From the NCBI GenBank assembly GCA_046882065.1, contig JBKSMY010000005.1, positions 1 through 55,264 on the forward strand: 55,264 nucleotides of DNA. Reading direction: 5' to 3'. Source of the stretch: Alphaproteobacteria bacterium. GTDB lineage: Bacteria > Pseudomonadota > Alphaproteobacteria > Rs-D84. Shown one piece after another: positions 1-8,710 of this stretch (positions are counted from its first letter, which is position 1; each line of letters begins with the position of its first letter). Both the position numbers and the translations under genes were made by a program. The notes beneath the pieces are model-generated. The model ran no database searches, had not been told where the DNA came from, and worked only from the letters and a program-made list of their open reading frames with translations.

Positions 1-1161
1 AATCGTCTTATTTGGCAGGCCACCATTTCCATCCAATGTAATTTCATAAACTGGCGCATCTGTGCCGCCTGGACAGTAAACCGCGTCGTCTGGGCACACT
101 GTACATCTGTTCCCCACAGTTGGTGTACCGTTGTATGTCCCGTTAAGTGTCATATAATAACCAGTGTTACAACTGTCATATATGTTAAATGTTGGACATG
201 AATACGAACTGCCAACCGGTTTCCATATCGCATAGTAGGTGGTATTCGCCGAAGGAAACGGAACCGTTTCGCCGGCGGCATAACCGGTTGTCGCATTAGC
301 GGCCTTTCCCCATCCAATAAAGTTAAATCCGGTTCTTGTTGGCGTTGGGAATGTCGGCATTGTTGGTGCCGTCCAACTTGCTTGCCATGTAGTGTTTACA
401 GTAAGTCCCTTTGCGTTTGTAATACCAGTTGACGTAATCTTACCATTCGAACCGATGTTTGGCGTATAGCCGTTAAAGGTATATATGATTGTATCAGATG
501 AACGTGGCACACTTCCGTTATTTGGGTTATATGTAATAACATATTGGCGCTTTGGAATTGTGATACCGTTTGCTGACGTCGTCATAACCTTTGTACGGGC
601 AGAATCCAAATAAACATTGGTGCCATATGTCGCATAGATTTGCGAAGTTCCATTTGTTGTGGCGTTTTTATTATTCAACGTAATCGTTGTTTTAATTGGC
701 GAACACGCAGTACTGGTCGTAGTTGTTGCGCCTGTTGTTGTTCCGCCAACTGTATAACCCGTATTACATGTACAGGATGTAGAAGCGTTGTTTGCGGGCG
801 TGCTCGAATTCGTTGGACAGGCCAAACATGTGTTGCCAGTCCCGGTTCCACTCAGGTAATAGTTCTGATTACACGCAGTATACCGCTTGTACGGTTCACA
901 AGTATACCCCTCGGCGAAGGCATTTTCATAAACTGGCGCAGCTGTGCCGCCTGGACAGTAAGTCGCGTCGTCTGGACAGGGCAAACATGCGTTGCCCGCA
1001 GTTGGTGTACCGTTGTATGTCCCGTTAAGTGCCATGTAATAGTTCTGATTACACGCAGCATAATACCGCTTGTATGGGTCACAAGTGTACCCCGCCGCGA
1101 AGGCATTTGCTGAAAAAAACAAAACGGATAAAAACGCGCAACGGCGCAGAAATCTAGACAT
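1..1161 (-). CDS. Secreted Cys-rich repeat surface protein with a Listeria-Bacteroides (Flg_new / InlB B-repeat-like) module. The N-terminal 387 codons are in the window; the 3' end lies outside it.
   Basis: I checked every frame-1 triplet from 1 to 1161 and found no tta/cta/tca, so the minus frame is open to the window edge. That is probably why it is missing from the ORF track. ATG at 1161-1159 follows a purine-rich stretch. Signal peptide MSRFLRRCAFLSVLFFSANAFA|AG. Repeated module GYTC(D/E)PYKRY..CNQNYY..G....G..C..CP....YCPGGT.APVYE. FPTPTRTGFNFIGWGKAANATTGYAAGETVPFPSANTTYYAIWKP resembles the Listeria-Bacteroides repeat. The sequence ends in ITLDGNGG, which looks like the start of another such repeat. 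Confidence 0.6.
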   Translation of the reverse strand, partial: MSRFLRRCAFLSVLFFSANAFAAGYTCDPYKRYYAACNQNYYMALNGTYNGTPTAGNACLPCPDDATYCPGGTAAPVYENAFAEGYTCEPYKRYTACNQNYYLSGTGTGNTCLACPTNSSTPANNASTSCTCNTGYTVGGTTTGATTTTSTACSPIKTTITLNNKNATTNGTSQIYATYGTNVYLDSARTKVMTTSANGITIPKRQYVITYNPNNGSVPRSSDTIIYTFNGYTPNIGSNGKITSTGITNAKGLTVNTTWQASWTAPTMPTFPTPTRTGFNFIGWGKAANATTGYAAGETVPFPSANTTYYAIWKPVGSSYSCPTFNIYDSCNTGYYMTLNGTYNGTPTVGNRCTVCPDDAVYCPGGTDAPVYEITLDGNGGLPNKTI

Positions 1162-1495
1162 TCTTCTCACTTTCTTTTCTTTATATACCCATATCATAGA
1201 AAAAATAATACGCCCAGCACAAGTAAAAAATGCCCATGATATTCAATTTTATCTTTGACGCGTCAAATCTTATGCCGTCTTGCGATTTGCCCACAAGCCA
1301 TAATCAATAAAAAAAGCCCCACACAGGGGGGCAATCTTCTGGGGAATGTAAATTACTTGCTACCATCCGCCACCCGCAGCGAATGCATTTGCGGTAAAAA
1401 ACAGCATTATCTCCAACAAGTAAAACAAACTGCCGCCTTTGAACAGCAACTACCCAGGTATATATACCTTATGGTGCTAAAAAAGGATTTTGTTA

Positions 1496-1523
1496 TTGCT
1501 TTCATCTGAAAACTGTGTATAAT
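1496..1523 (+). promoter_or_regulatory. Putative sigma70 promoter for tig (TTGCTT-N16-TGTG-TATAAT, extended -10)
   Basis: ttgctt at 1496-1501, tataat at 1518-1523 preceded by tgtg, about 35 nt upstream of the tig ATG. Sequence pattern only. Confidence 0.3.
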
Positions 1524-1558
1524 CACACCGCAATTCTACTATTAATAGGGGAAAACAT

Positions 1559-2866
1559 ATGTTTACAAAAGACAAAATCAAAGATTTACACTATTCAGTA
1601 ACTGGTTCATTGTCTGCGGCTGATGTTCAGGCTGCTGCGGATGAAATCCTGCTGGAATATGGGAAAAAGGTTAAAATGCCGGGCTTTCGTGCAGGCAAGG
1701 TTCCATTAAACATTCTGCGTCAGAAATACAATGCATCTGCATACGGCGAAGCAATCGACAAATTGATGAACGCTGATTTGAATAATTACATTGCTGACAA
1801 GAAAATCCGCTTGGCGGGCGCACCTCAGGCAAACATGGACGGCTGGGAAATTGGCAAAGACGTCGAATATTCATTGGAATTTGATATTCTGCCAACTTTG
1901 CCTGCGATTGACCTGGAAAAATTTACTGTAACCAAAAAGACTGCAGATTTGGACGAAAAAGAAGTCGAAGTTGCTTTGGAAAACATTCGCAAATCACGCA
2001 GTTTGGCGGAAAAACAGGACGAAAAATATGCTGCTGCCAATGGTGACATCGCTGTTATCGATTTCAAGGGCTTTGTTGGCGACACCGCATTCGAAGGTGG
2101 CGAAGCAAAAAAGCATCACCTGACATTGGGTTCTGGCGCATTTATCCCTGGCTTTGAAGACCAGATTATCGGTCACAAGGTTGGCGATAAATTTGATGTT
2201 AACGTTAAATTCCCTGCAGATTATCATGCGGCGAACTTGGCGGGTGCTGATGCGCGTTTTGCGGTTGAAATTCATGAAATCCGCAAGCGCATTTTGCCAG
2301 AAATGAACGACGAATTGGCCAAGCAGGTTGGTCAGGAATCTGTAGAAGCGTTAAAGAACCATATCCGCAACATTCTGACAGAACAGTACAACGATGTATC
2401 CCAGCGTGAAATGCGCAACGAATTGTTGGACATCTTGGCGGACAAAGTAAAATTGGATTTGCCAGAAACATTGGTGTCCCAGGAATTGGAAATGGCGAAA
2501 AACGAATTTGAACGTTCGCACGCACATTGTCACGATGAAAAGTGTGACCACAAATGGGATGAAAAGCAGGAACGCAAAGACGCAGAACGTCGCGTTAAAT
2601 TGGGCTTAATCTTGGCCGAATGGGGCACCCAGAACAAGGTCGAAGTATCTCGTGATGACATGCAACAGGCAATCTGGGCCGAAGCGGCACGCTATCCAGA
2701 CCCAAAACAGGTATTTGATTTCTATAACAAGAATCAGAATGCTTTGGCTATGTTGCGTGGCATGCTGTTCGAACGCAAGGCTTTGGATGCAATGTTGTCG
2801 CACGTCAAAACCAAAGAAAAAAAGGTCAAGGCTGACGAACTGTTCCAACAGCCACCTGTACGTTAA
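1559..2866 (+). CDS. tig: Trigger factor (ribosome-associated chaperone / FKBP-type PPIase)
   Basis: 435 aa. N-terminal ribosome-binding signature GFRAGKVP. Central FKBP-like block IDFKGFVGDTAFEGGEAKKHHLTLGSGAFIPGFEDQIIGHKVGD. SD ggggaaaa before the ATG. Confidence 0.9.
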   Translation: MFTKDKIKDLHYSVTGSLSAADVQAAADEILLEYGKKVKMPGFRAGKVPLNILRQKYNASAYGEAIDKLMNADLNNYIADKKIRLAGAPQANMDGWEIGKDVEYSLEFDILPTLPAIDLEKFTVTKKTADLDEKEVEVALENIRKSRSLAEKQDEKYAAANGDIAVIDFKGFVGDTAFEGGEAKKHHLTLGSGAFIPGFEDQIIGHKVGDKFDVNVKFPADYHAANLAGADARFAVEIHEIRKRILPEMNDELAKQVGQESVEALKNHIRNILTEQYNDVSQREMRNELLDILADKVKLDLPETLVSQELEMAKNEFERSHAHCHDEKCDHKWDEKQERKDAERRVKLGLILAEWGTQNKVEVSRDDMQQAIWAEAARYPDPKQVFDFYNKNQNALAMLRGMLFERKALDAMLSHVKTKEKKVKADELFQQPPVR

Positions 2867-2871
2867 TCTAA

Positions 2872-2893
2872 ACGCGCCGTTTGGCGCGTTTTT
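2872..2893 (+). terminator. Rho-independent terminator after tig
   Basis: acgcgcc-gttt-ggcgcgt (7-bp stem) followed by tttt. It overlaps the upstream alternative start of the thyA ORF (2881), which argues for the 2914 start. Confidence 0.6.
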
Positions 2894-2913
2894 CATTCCA
2901 AAGGAAACAAACA

Positions 2914-3882
2914 ATGAAAGCATATCTTGATATATTGGGAAACATTCATAAAAACTGTCATGACATTCGCGATAATCGTACAGGCATCCCGGATATTGGC
3001 TTGGGGCAGGGTGCAACATTTGTTCATGACATGGACATGGGATTCCCGCTGATTACAACCAAGAAAATGGGATTAAAAAACATCGCAACCGAATTAGAAT
3101 TCTTTTTATATGGTATCACGGACAAAAAATGGTTACAGGACAGACGCTGTAAAATATGGAACGAATGGGCCAACCCAATCAAGGTGGAACAGGCATACAA
3201 CCTAAAAAAAGCCATGTTAGAATGGGATTCTACGGCAATTTCATCACAACAAAAAACAATTCTGCGCAATTCCATCATGGACAGCGAACGCGACCTGGGG
3301 CCGATTTATGGATTTCAATGGCGACATTTTGGCGGTGAATATCAATGGGACGAAAATCGCATTGCGCGCGATCCGACTGATAACTTTAATCACGAACGTC
3401 CCGGCGTTGACCAGGTTGCCAATGCGATTTACAAATTGAAAAACAATCCAAACGACCGGCGCATTATTGTGTCTGCGTGGAATCCGGTTGACTTTCCACA
3501 AATGGCATTACCACCATGCCACATGATGCACCAATTAATTGTGCGTGATGGCAAACTGAATCTGATTTGGACCCAGCGTTCATGCGACATGTTCCTTGGC
3601 ATTCCCTATAACATCGCCAGTTACGCATTACTGCTGTTATTATATGCCAAAGAAGCCGGCCTAAAACCTGGCGTTCTAAAGGGCGAATTACACGACGCGC
3701 ATATTTATACAAACCACCTGGACCAGGTGGCCCAGCAACTGCAGCGCAAACCGTACCCGCTGCCGACCGTTGAAATTCCAGATGGGAACTGGCACGGAAT
3801 GTTAAACTGGCACGCAGATGGTGGATTTGTTCTGCGGGATTATATCTGTCATGAAAAACTGACTGGTGCTGTGGCGCGCTAG
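2914..3882 (+). CDS. thyA: Thymidylate synthase (ThyA type, long form of 322 aa)
   Basis: Active-site region ALPPCHMMHQLIVRDGKLNLIWTQRSCDMFLGIPYNIASYALL and DAHIYTNHLDQV. SD aaggaaa lies 7 nt before the ATG at 2914. Confidence 0.9.
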   Translation: MKAYLDILGNIHKNCHDIRDNRTGIPDIGLGQGATFVHDMDMGFPLITTKKMGLKNIATELEFFLYGITDKKWLQDRRCKIWNEWANPIKVEQAYNLKKAMLEWDSTAISSQQKTILRNSIMDSERDLGPIYGFQWRHFGGEYQWDENRIARDPTDNFNHERPGVDQVANAIYKLKNNPNDRRIIVSAWNPVDFPQMALPPCHMMHQLIVRDGKLNLIWTQRSCDMFLGIPYNIASYALLLLLYAKEAGLKPGVLKGELHDAHIYTNHLDQVAQQLQRKPYPLPTVEIPDGNWHGMLNWHADGGFVLRDYICHEKLTGAVAR

Positions 3883-3885
3883 CGT

Positions 3886-3916
3886 AATAAAAATCCCCCC
3901 AAACGGGGGTTTTTTA
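3886..3916. terminator. Bidirectional hairpin terminator between convergent thyA and the 3914-5077 gene
   Basis: aaaaat-ccccc-aaac-ggggg-tttttta. An A-run sits on one side and a T-run on the other. Confidence 0.6.
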
Positions 3917-5077
3917 TTGTTCGGTTACACCACCATTTTTAACGCATTCTGCATATTCCTCGGGATTAACCTTGGTCCAGCATTGGTTGTCCAGATTTGT
4001 GTTATTATTTTTTGTCTTTCCTTTGCCATACTGCAAATCTGTCTTACTGTACGCGCTGGCTGGCTTACAACTATCAGATTGAGTATCGAAATATTCACCA
4101 GAACGACATTTAACGCATGTTCCATCACGCATACTAGAACCACCGCGAACCGATGACGAACAATCCGTACAATTCGTTATATCACCGGGGCTTGGAAAGG
4201 CTTTGTCTGGATCCTTACAAAAATACACCCAACAATTCGCAGACTCGTTTTTTACCATTCTGTGCAAAGAAGAATTGAATTTGCTTGCTGGGAAGTCGCT
4301 ACAATATACTGGTGGCAACATATCAGCGGTCGCCTTGATACAATCAGTATTAGAATCATTTGGTGTATATCCCTCTTTACACAACAACTTCTTGCCGGTC
4401 GTCGTGACCACAGAAGCCGTATCCACATAAGAAGTAATGCCCCTCCAGTCTTCCCATTTACATCCAACTTGAACTGGTGCCGCAATAACACCATTTTTCA
4501 AAAACTGCACAACGCCCAAAATAATATCATATTCACCACTATCTTTTGAATTCCACCAATAATTCCATGTATTAAAACCTGTAATATTGTTTTCATAATT
4601 GGTCATATACCCTCCCCATGTATTTATTGAAATACCAGATTTTAAATTAGAAATTACATCACTAGAATTTTCAATCACATTGACTTGTTTTAAGCAACCC
4701 GCACCTGAATACCCCTTTTCACACAACCACGCGCACCTGGATCTATGAAAGTTAACTGGATAGAAATATTCCGTCCATGTAAACTTATGTTTTCTTTTGT
4801 TTCTGCATTGAAGTTGATATGGACAAAAATATCCACCATGCTCGTTAATCTGTTCTGCAATAACTACCGCGATCGCACCTTCGTCGTCAAAAGAAGATTT
4901 ACGACAACTTTTACCCAAACAGCCATCTAAAATAAATTCACCAACGCTGCCCTGGGGATTTGTATTGCCCGTATACCCCCATGCAGACCAATACGCAGTA
5001 GAATTACTTATTGCCATGGCCGATGTTTGGGATATGCAAAACGGAACAATAACCGCAGCGATTTTCTTCAATTTCAT
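3914..5077 (-). CDS. Secreted cysteine-rich protein of unknown family, with EGF-like Cys spacing in places
   Basis: I chose the start at 5077 (MKLKKIAAVIVPFCISQTSAMA) because it has SD gaggac 5 nt upstream and avoids overlap with the upstream stop at 5101. A signal peptide is followed by many Cys. Segments such as CAWLCEKGYSGAGC and CKEGYTPNDSNTDC resemble EGF-type spacing. A C-terminal CTDC...C.KC..GEY...SDSC module is also present. Confidence 0.6.
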   Translation of the reverse strand: MKLKKIAAVIVPFCISQTSAMAISNSTAYWSAWGYTGNTNPQGSVGEFILDGCLGKSCRKSSFDDEGAIAVVIAEQINEHGGYFCPYQLQCRNKRKHKFTWTEYFYPVNFHRSRCAWLCEKGYSGAGCLKQVNVIENSSDVISNLKSGISINTWGGYMTNYENNITGFNTWNYWWNSKDSGEYDIILGVVQFLKNGVIAAPVQVGCKWEDWRGITSYVDTASVVTTTGKKLLCKEGYTPNDSNTDCIKATADMLPPVYCSDFPASKFNSSLHRMVKNESANCWVYFCKDPDKAFPSPGDITNCTDCSSSVRGGSSMRDGTCVKCRSGEYFDTQSDSCKPASAYSKTDLQYGKGKTKNNNTNLDNQCWTKVNPEEYAECVKNGGVTEQ

Positions 5078-5100
5078 GTCGTCCTCACTTAATAAAACCT

Positions 5101-7431
5101 CTATTTCCCTGCAACATAGCAAACGCCATTTTCCATATAACCATTTCCCATCAATGAACACTGTTTCTCATACCATGCATCCGTAAATGTACATTCATCT
5201 TTGGCCAAATCATACGACGCAACAGCTTCCTTGCCTTCTTCATTATAATTCAAGCATTGTACGCGTGTGGTATTTTCGACGCATACACCCAGACTTGTAG
5301 TACTCTCATCCTTGGTCCCACCAAACACAGTTGAATAAAACGCGTCTAACAATTTTTCAGTTCCTTGCTGCTCAACCCAGTACCCATCCAATGCCTCGCA
5401 TGCATCCATCAACTGATAATCCAACTGTGCTTCAATATTTGTCATTATCTTTTCAACCTGGGTGCGTGTTTGCACTGGCAAAGCCTCGTATGTTTTTTCT
5501 TCTTTTGTTGGATCGCTGCAATTCTGGACTGCAAAATCAATAATCAATCCACGCACAGAACTTTCATCCCCATACATAGGCATTTTACGGCAGTTCCACG
5601 GGAATTGCATTTCACCTGTGATTGGCGTGCACAATTCCTGGGCATAATTGTCGATGGCGGTCGCGCAACCTTCGGCAACACGAACATTATCAACTGTATC
5701 TACAAACTCTAACAATGCTGTCAACCCGCAACGCGATGTCAATTTGCCTGTCTGTCCATCAAATGTACAATTTTTAGAATCATACAATGCCGCGCAACGT
5801 GTCACACGATCCTGGCACATAGATTTTGCCGCATACACAGACAATGCACCTGCAGCCTTGGCGGTTGTATCGTCAAAATCCTTTAAGGCGCCGGTCTGCG
5901 TATCATAACACTCTTTCATGGTGCTGACGCACGACATTTTTGTTTCTTCAATCAGATTTTCCTGCGCCTGGGCAATTTCAATCAATGCACTACGCTTAAA
6001 TTCAGTCCACACAATGTCTGAAATATCACGGCATGAATCCAACGCCGACGAAGCAAACAACTTTTTTTCGTCCAGGAATTTATTAAAGTTTGGATTGTCA
6101 CCCAATACGTCCATTCCGCCCGTCAGGATTATCTGTTCCGACAATTTAAACAGCGACGTATCATACAACGTGACTTCACCGGTTGTTGGGCTGACATATT
6201 TACCACTATAATCCAAACAACGTTTATAGTTCACATCGCATGCCGAATCAGATGTAATCGCGCTTTTTACCTTGGCAATACATTCATTAACGTCGGCCGA
6301 ATTATGGGCACGATATTCTTCCAAACACGCTTCACGCAGAATTTTTTCTGCCTGACGCACCGTCTGCTTAACACCCTCGCGCTTGGAATTCAAATTTTTT
6401 TCATACGCATTACAATCCTGGGTAATCAGGATGCCATACGCACTGGTTGCCATATTCAATGTTGCGTTGTTTTCACATTGTTCGGCAATTAATTGTAAAC
6501 ATTGCTTATTAGACGCGTTATACAAATCAGCGCCTTCCAAAGACGTTAAATCAACGCCAGTCCCCGTGTCGAATATAGACACGCCGCCACCGCCCCAAAC
6601 ATCATCAACATCGGTTGAAAAATCTATCGACAGCAGCCCCAAAGAATTGAATGTTTTGTTTCCTGTATCTGCCTTCTTTTTGCCCGATAACAAATCACCA
6701 ATTTCATTCAAGATTTTCTGTGCACCGCTGGTATCTTTTTTAATTGCCGCTTCGCCAACGGTTGCGGAATACATGGCTTCGACTTCGGCTGCTGTCTTGT
6801 CAACCGCGTTCAGATTATTGTCCTCGAACTGCATCAACAGCGTTTTTGCCTGGTCCAAAGCTTCTTCTGTATTACGAAATTCTGTAAATTTCTCGCTGCA
6901 ATAACATCTGCGATATTTATCATTAGCATTCGCACAGAATTGATCCATGCATGTAGCATATGCCTCGCGACAGGCTGCATACCCACCGCCAATCTTTGAA
7001 ATATCTGTAAAGACGGCCGTTGCGCGTGCGCGTGCCGCCGAGCGCGCAATCCCAGAATCAATAACGTTCATCGCACTGCGGGCGCTGTTTACACCGGCCC
7101 TTGAAACCGTTGCTGCGCGTGGCGCACTTGTCGATGTGCGCGCATTTGTTGCACTGCGTGCATTGTTAACACCTGTTCTTGCGGTTGTCGCACTGCGTGA
7201 CACATTTGCCCCAGAACGAACCACCGTACTGGCCGTACGCGCCGATGTGCGCCCCGATGACACATTACCAGAACCTGCATCCCCACCGCGCACCAACACA
7301 TTGGCATCACTTCGCGCACCTGCAATGGAATTACGCGGATTAGGCACCTGTGCCGCCCCCGCCGCAGACACACCAAAAACAGCCGTCAACAACGCAGAAA
7401 AACGGACAAAATCAATAAACGAACGTTTCAA
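5101..7431 (-). CDS. Large secreted protein (776 aa) with an Arg/Ser/Ala/Thr/Asn low-complexity N-terminal region and a Cys-rich helical body; unknown family
   Basis: TTG start at 7431 with gagag-type SD. Signal peptide MKRSFIDFVRFSALLTAVFGVSAAGAA. Degenerate repeats follow (ARSATNARTSTSAPRAATVSRAGVNSARSA). Next comes CREAYATCMDQFCANANDKYRRCYCS, and many paired Cys run to the C-terminus. Confidence 0.65.
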   Translation of the reverse strand: MKRSFIDFVRFSALLTAVFGVSAAGAAQVPNPRNSIAGARSDANVLVRGGDAGSGNVSSGRTSARTASTVVRSGANVSRSATTARTGVNNARSATNARTSTSAPRAATVSRAGVNSARSAMNVIDSGIARSAARARATAVFTDISKIGGGYAACREAYATCMDQFCANANDKYRRCYCSEKFTEFRNTEEALDQAKTLLMQFEDNNLNAVDKTAAEVEAMYSATVGEAAIKKDTSGAQKILNEIGDLLSGKKKADTGNKTFNSLGLLSIDFSTDVDDVWGGGGVSIFDTGTGVDLTSLEGADLYNASNKQCLQLIAEQCENNATLNMATSAYGILITQDCNAYEKNLNSKREGVKQTVRQAEKILREACLEEYRAHNSADVNECIAKVKSAITSDSACDVNYKRCLDYSGKYVSPTTGEVTLYDTSLFKLSEQIILTGGMDVLGDNPNFNKFLDEKKLFASSALDSCRDISDIVWTEFKRSALIEIAQAQENLIEETKMSCVSTMKECYDTQTGALKDFDDTTAKAAGALSVYAAKSMCQDRVTRCAALYDSKNCTFDGQTGKLTSRCGLTALLEFVDTVDNVRVAEGCATAIDNYAQELCTPITGEMQFPWNCRKMPMYGDESSVRGLIIDFAVQNCSDPTKEEKTYEALPVQTRTQVEKIMTNIEAQLDYQLMDACEALDGYWVEQQGTEKLLDAFYSTVFGGTKDESTTSLGVCVENTTRVQCLNYNEEGKEAVASYDLAKDECTFTDAWYEKQCSLMGNGYMENGVCYVAGK

Positions 7432-7477
7432 TTTAATTCTCTCTTTTCTTCATTCTATCATTTTTTACCAGATTAAA

Positions 7478-7846
7478 TCAACATTTAATTCCATAAGCCA
7501 TCGCCAAATACAAAACATATGCTTCATACGAGGCTTCATACAACTCATACGCCTTCTTTTTATCCCCTGATTCTTGTGCCTTGGCGGCGTCATTCATCTT
7601 GCCGATGGCCCCAGACAGATAATCTCTGGCATTTTCGCGAATGCTTTTATCGGCAACCATCCTTTTCATCAATTGTTCACGAATGTCGCGCGTCATATCG
7701 CCGATTTTGCTATCCGGACAGGCATCCTCGATTGCAACCAGGTTCATCAACGCAATTGTTAAATCCTGGTCCAAAGACAAATCCAATGGGTTAACTTTTC
7801 GATTTTCATCCGCCACTAAAACACGTTTTTTTATATTATTTTTCAT
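7478..7846 (-). CDS. Hypothetical soluble protein (122 aa) immediately downstream of rsmH
   Basis: ATG at 7846 is preceded by a ggggg SD. It overlaps the rsmH stop region (7836). No TM segment, so it is not an FtsL equivalent. Confidence 0.45.
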   Translation of the reverse strand: MKNNIKKRVLVADENRKVNPLDLSLDQDLTIALMNLVAIEDACPDSKIGDMTRDIREQLMKRMVADKSIRENARDYLSGAIGKMNDAAKAQESGDKKKAYELYEASYEAYVLYLAMAYGIKC

Positions 7847-8708
7847 CTGCACCCCCATTTTTTATGACGCCCCGCATATGTGCCGACCGCGCACGCGGAT
7901 TGTTTTTCATTTCCGCATCTGTGGGCAGGGCAGGTTTTATCAATGCAAACGGTGCCTGTGCAACCACGGGCATGCGCGGGTCACCCGGCGCGGTTGTCCA
8001 TGAACGAAATGTATTCTTAACAATTCTATCTTCCAGCGAATGGAATGTCACACAGATACATTTCCCACCCGGCCCCAGCAGCCCTGGCACATCTGCCAAC
8101 GCACGTTCCAGTTCACCCATTTCATCATTCACGGCGATACGCAGGGCTTGGAAAACAGGCGCAACATCTTTTTGATTATGAATCAAGTCCCGCAATTCAA
8201 ATGTTGTGTTGGGACACGCGTCCTTGATAACACGGGCCAAGACATTCGCCTTTTTTACATCGCCATAGTTACACAACACATCCGCCAATTCCGCAACCGT
8301 TGATTTTTTTATAAAGTCCGCCGCGGTCATCCCATTTTGTTCCATGCGCATATCCAGGGCGGCATCTGCGCGAAACGAAAATCCACGTTCGGCAATGTCA
8401 ATTTGCATAGAAGAAATACCCAAATCAAAAACAATCGCATCAACGGGCGCATCTAAATCAGAAATACACGAAAATGGACGTGACACAAAAGTAAATCTTT
8501 CACCATACTCATCATGCATTGCATCTGCGTCCGCCACAACATTTGGATCACGATCGAACGCAATCACATTTGCACCGCGTTCCAAGAATGCACGACTATA
8601 ACCACCTGCACCAAATGTACAATCAACAACAGTTTTACCCTGGATGTCACCCAACGCATCTAATACTGCGTCCAACAATACTGGAATATGCTTTTGATTT
8701 TTTTCCAT
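7836..8708 (-). CDS. rsmH: 16S rRNA (cytosine1402-N4)-methyltransferase
   Basis: HIPVLLDAVLDAL, CTFGAGGYSRAFLE, FDRDP, DLGISSMQID, HSLEDRIVK: classic MraW/RsmH blocks. Confidence 0.9.
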   Translation of the reverse strand: MEKNQKHIPVLLDAVLDALGDIQGKTVVDCTFGAGGYSRAFLERGANVIAFDRDPNVVADADAMHDEYGERFTFVSRPFSCISDLDAPVDAIVFDLGISSMQIDIAERGFSFRADAALDMRMEQNGMTAADFIKKSTVAELADVLCNYGDVKKANVLARVIKDACPNTTFELRDLIHNQKDVAPVFQALRIAVNDEMGELERALADVPGLLGPGGKCICVTFHSLEDRIVKNTFRSWTTAPGDPRMPVVAQAPFALIKPALPTDAEMKNNPRARSAHMRGVIKNGGADEK

Positions 8709-8710
8709 GG

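Noticed and set aside
640-1113. Plus-strand Cys-rich ORFs (640-1113 and 792-1028) and the minus-strand ORF at 852-1106
   Set aside because: They overlap the minus-strand frame that is open from 1161 to the window edge. That frame encodes a signal peptide plus recognisable repeat modules. The Cys richness of the plus frame is a mirror effect of the TGT/ACA-rich sequence.
1255-1509. 84-aa plus-strand ORF in the tig upstream region
   Set aside because: It has no SD, overlaps the putative tig promoter, and has non-coding-like composition. The region is better explained as intergenic with remnants on the minus strand.
6383-7570. Plus-strand ORFs of 173 aa and 207 aa
   Set aside because: They are antisense to the 776-aa secreted-protein gene. 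The 207-aa ORF is Ala/Arg-rich because it mirrors the Arg/Ser/Ala repeat region. Neither has an SD or a sensible boundary.
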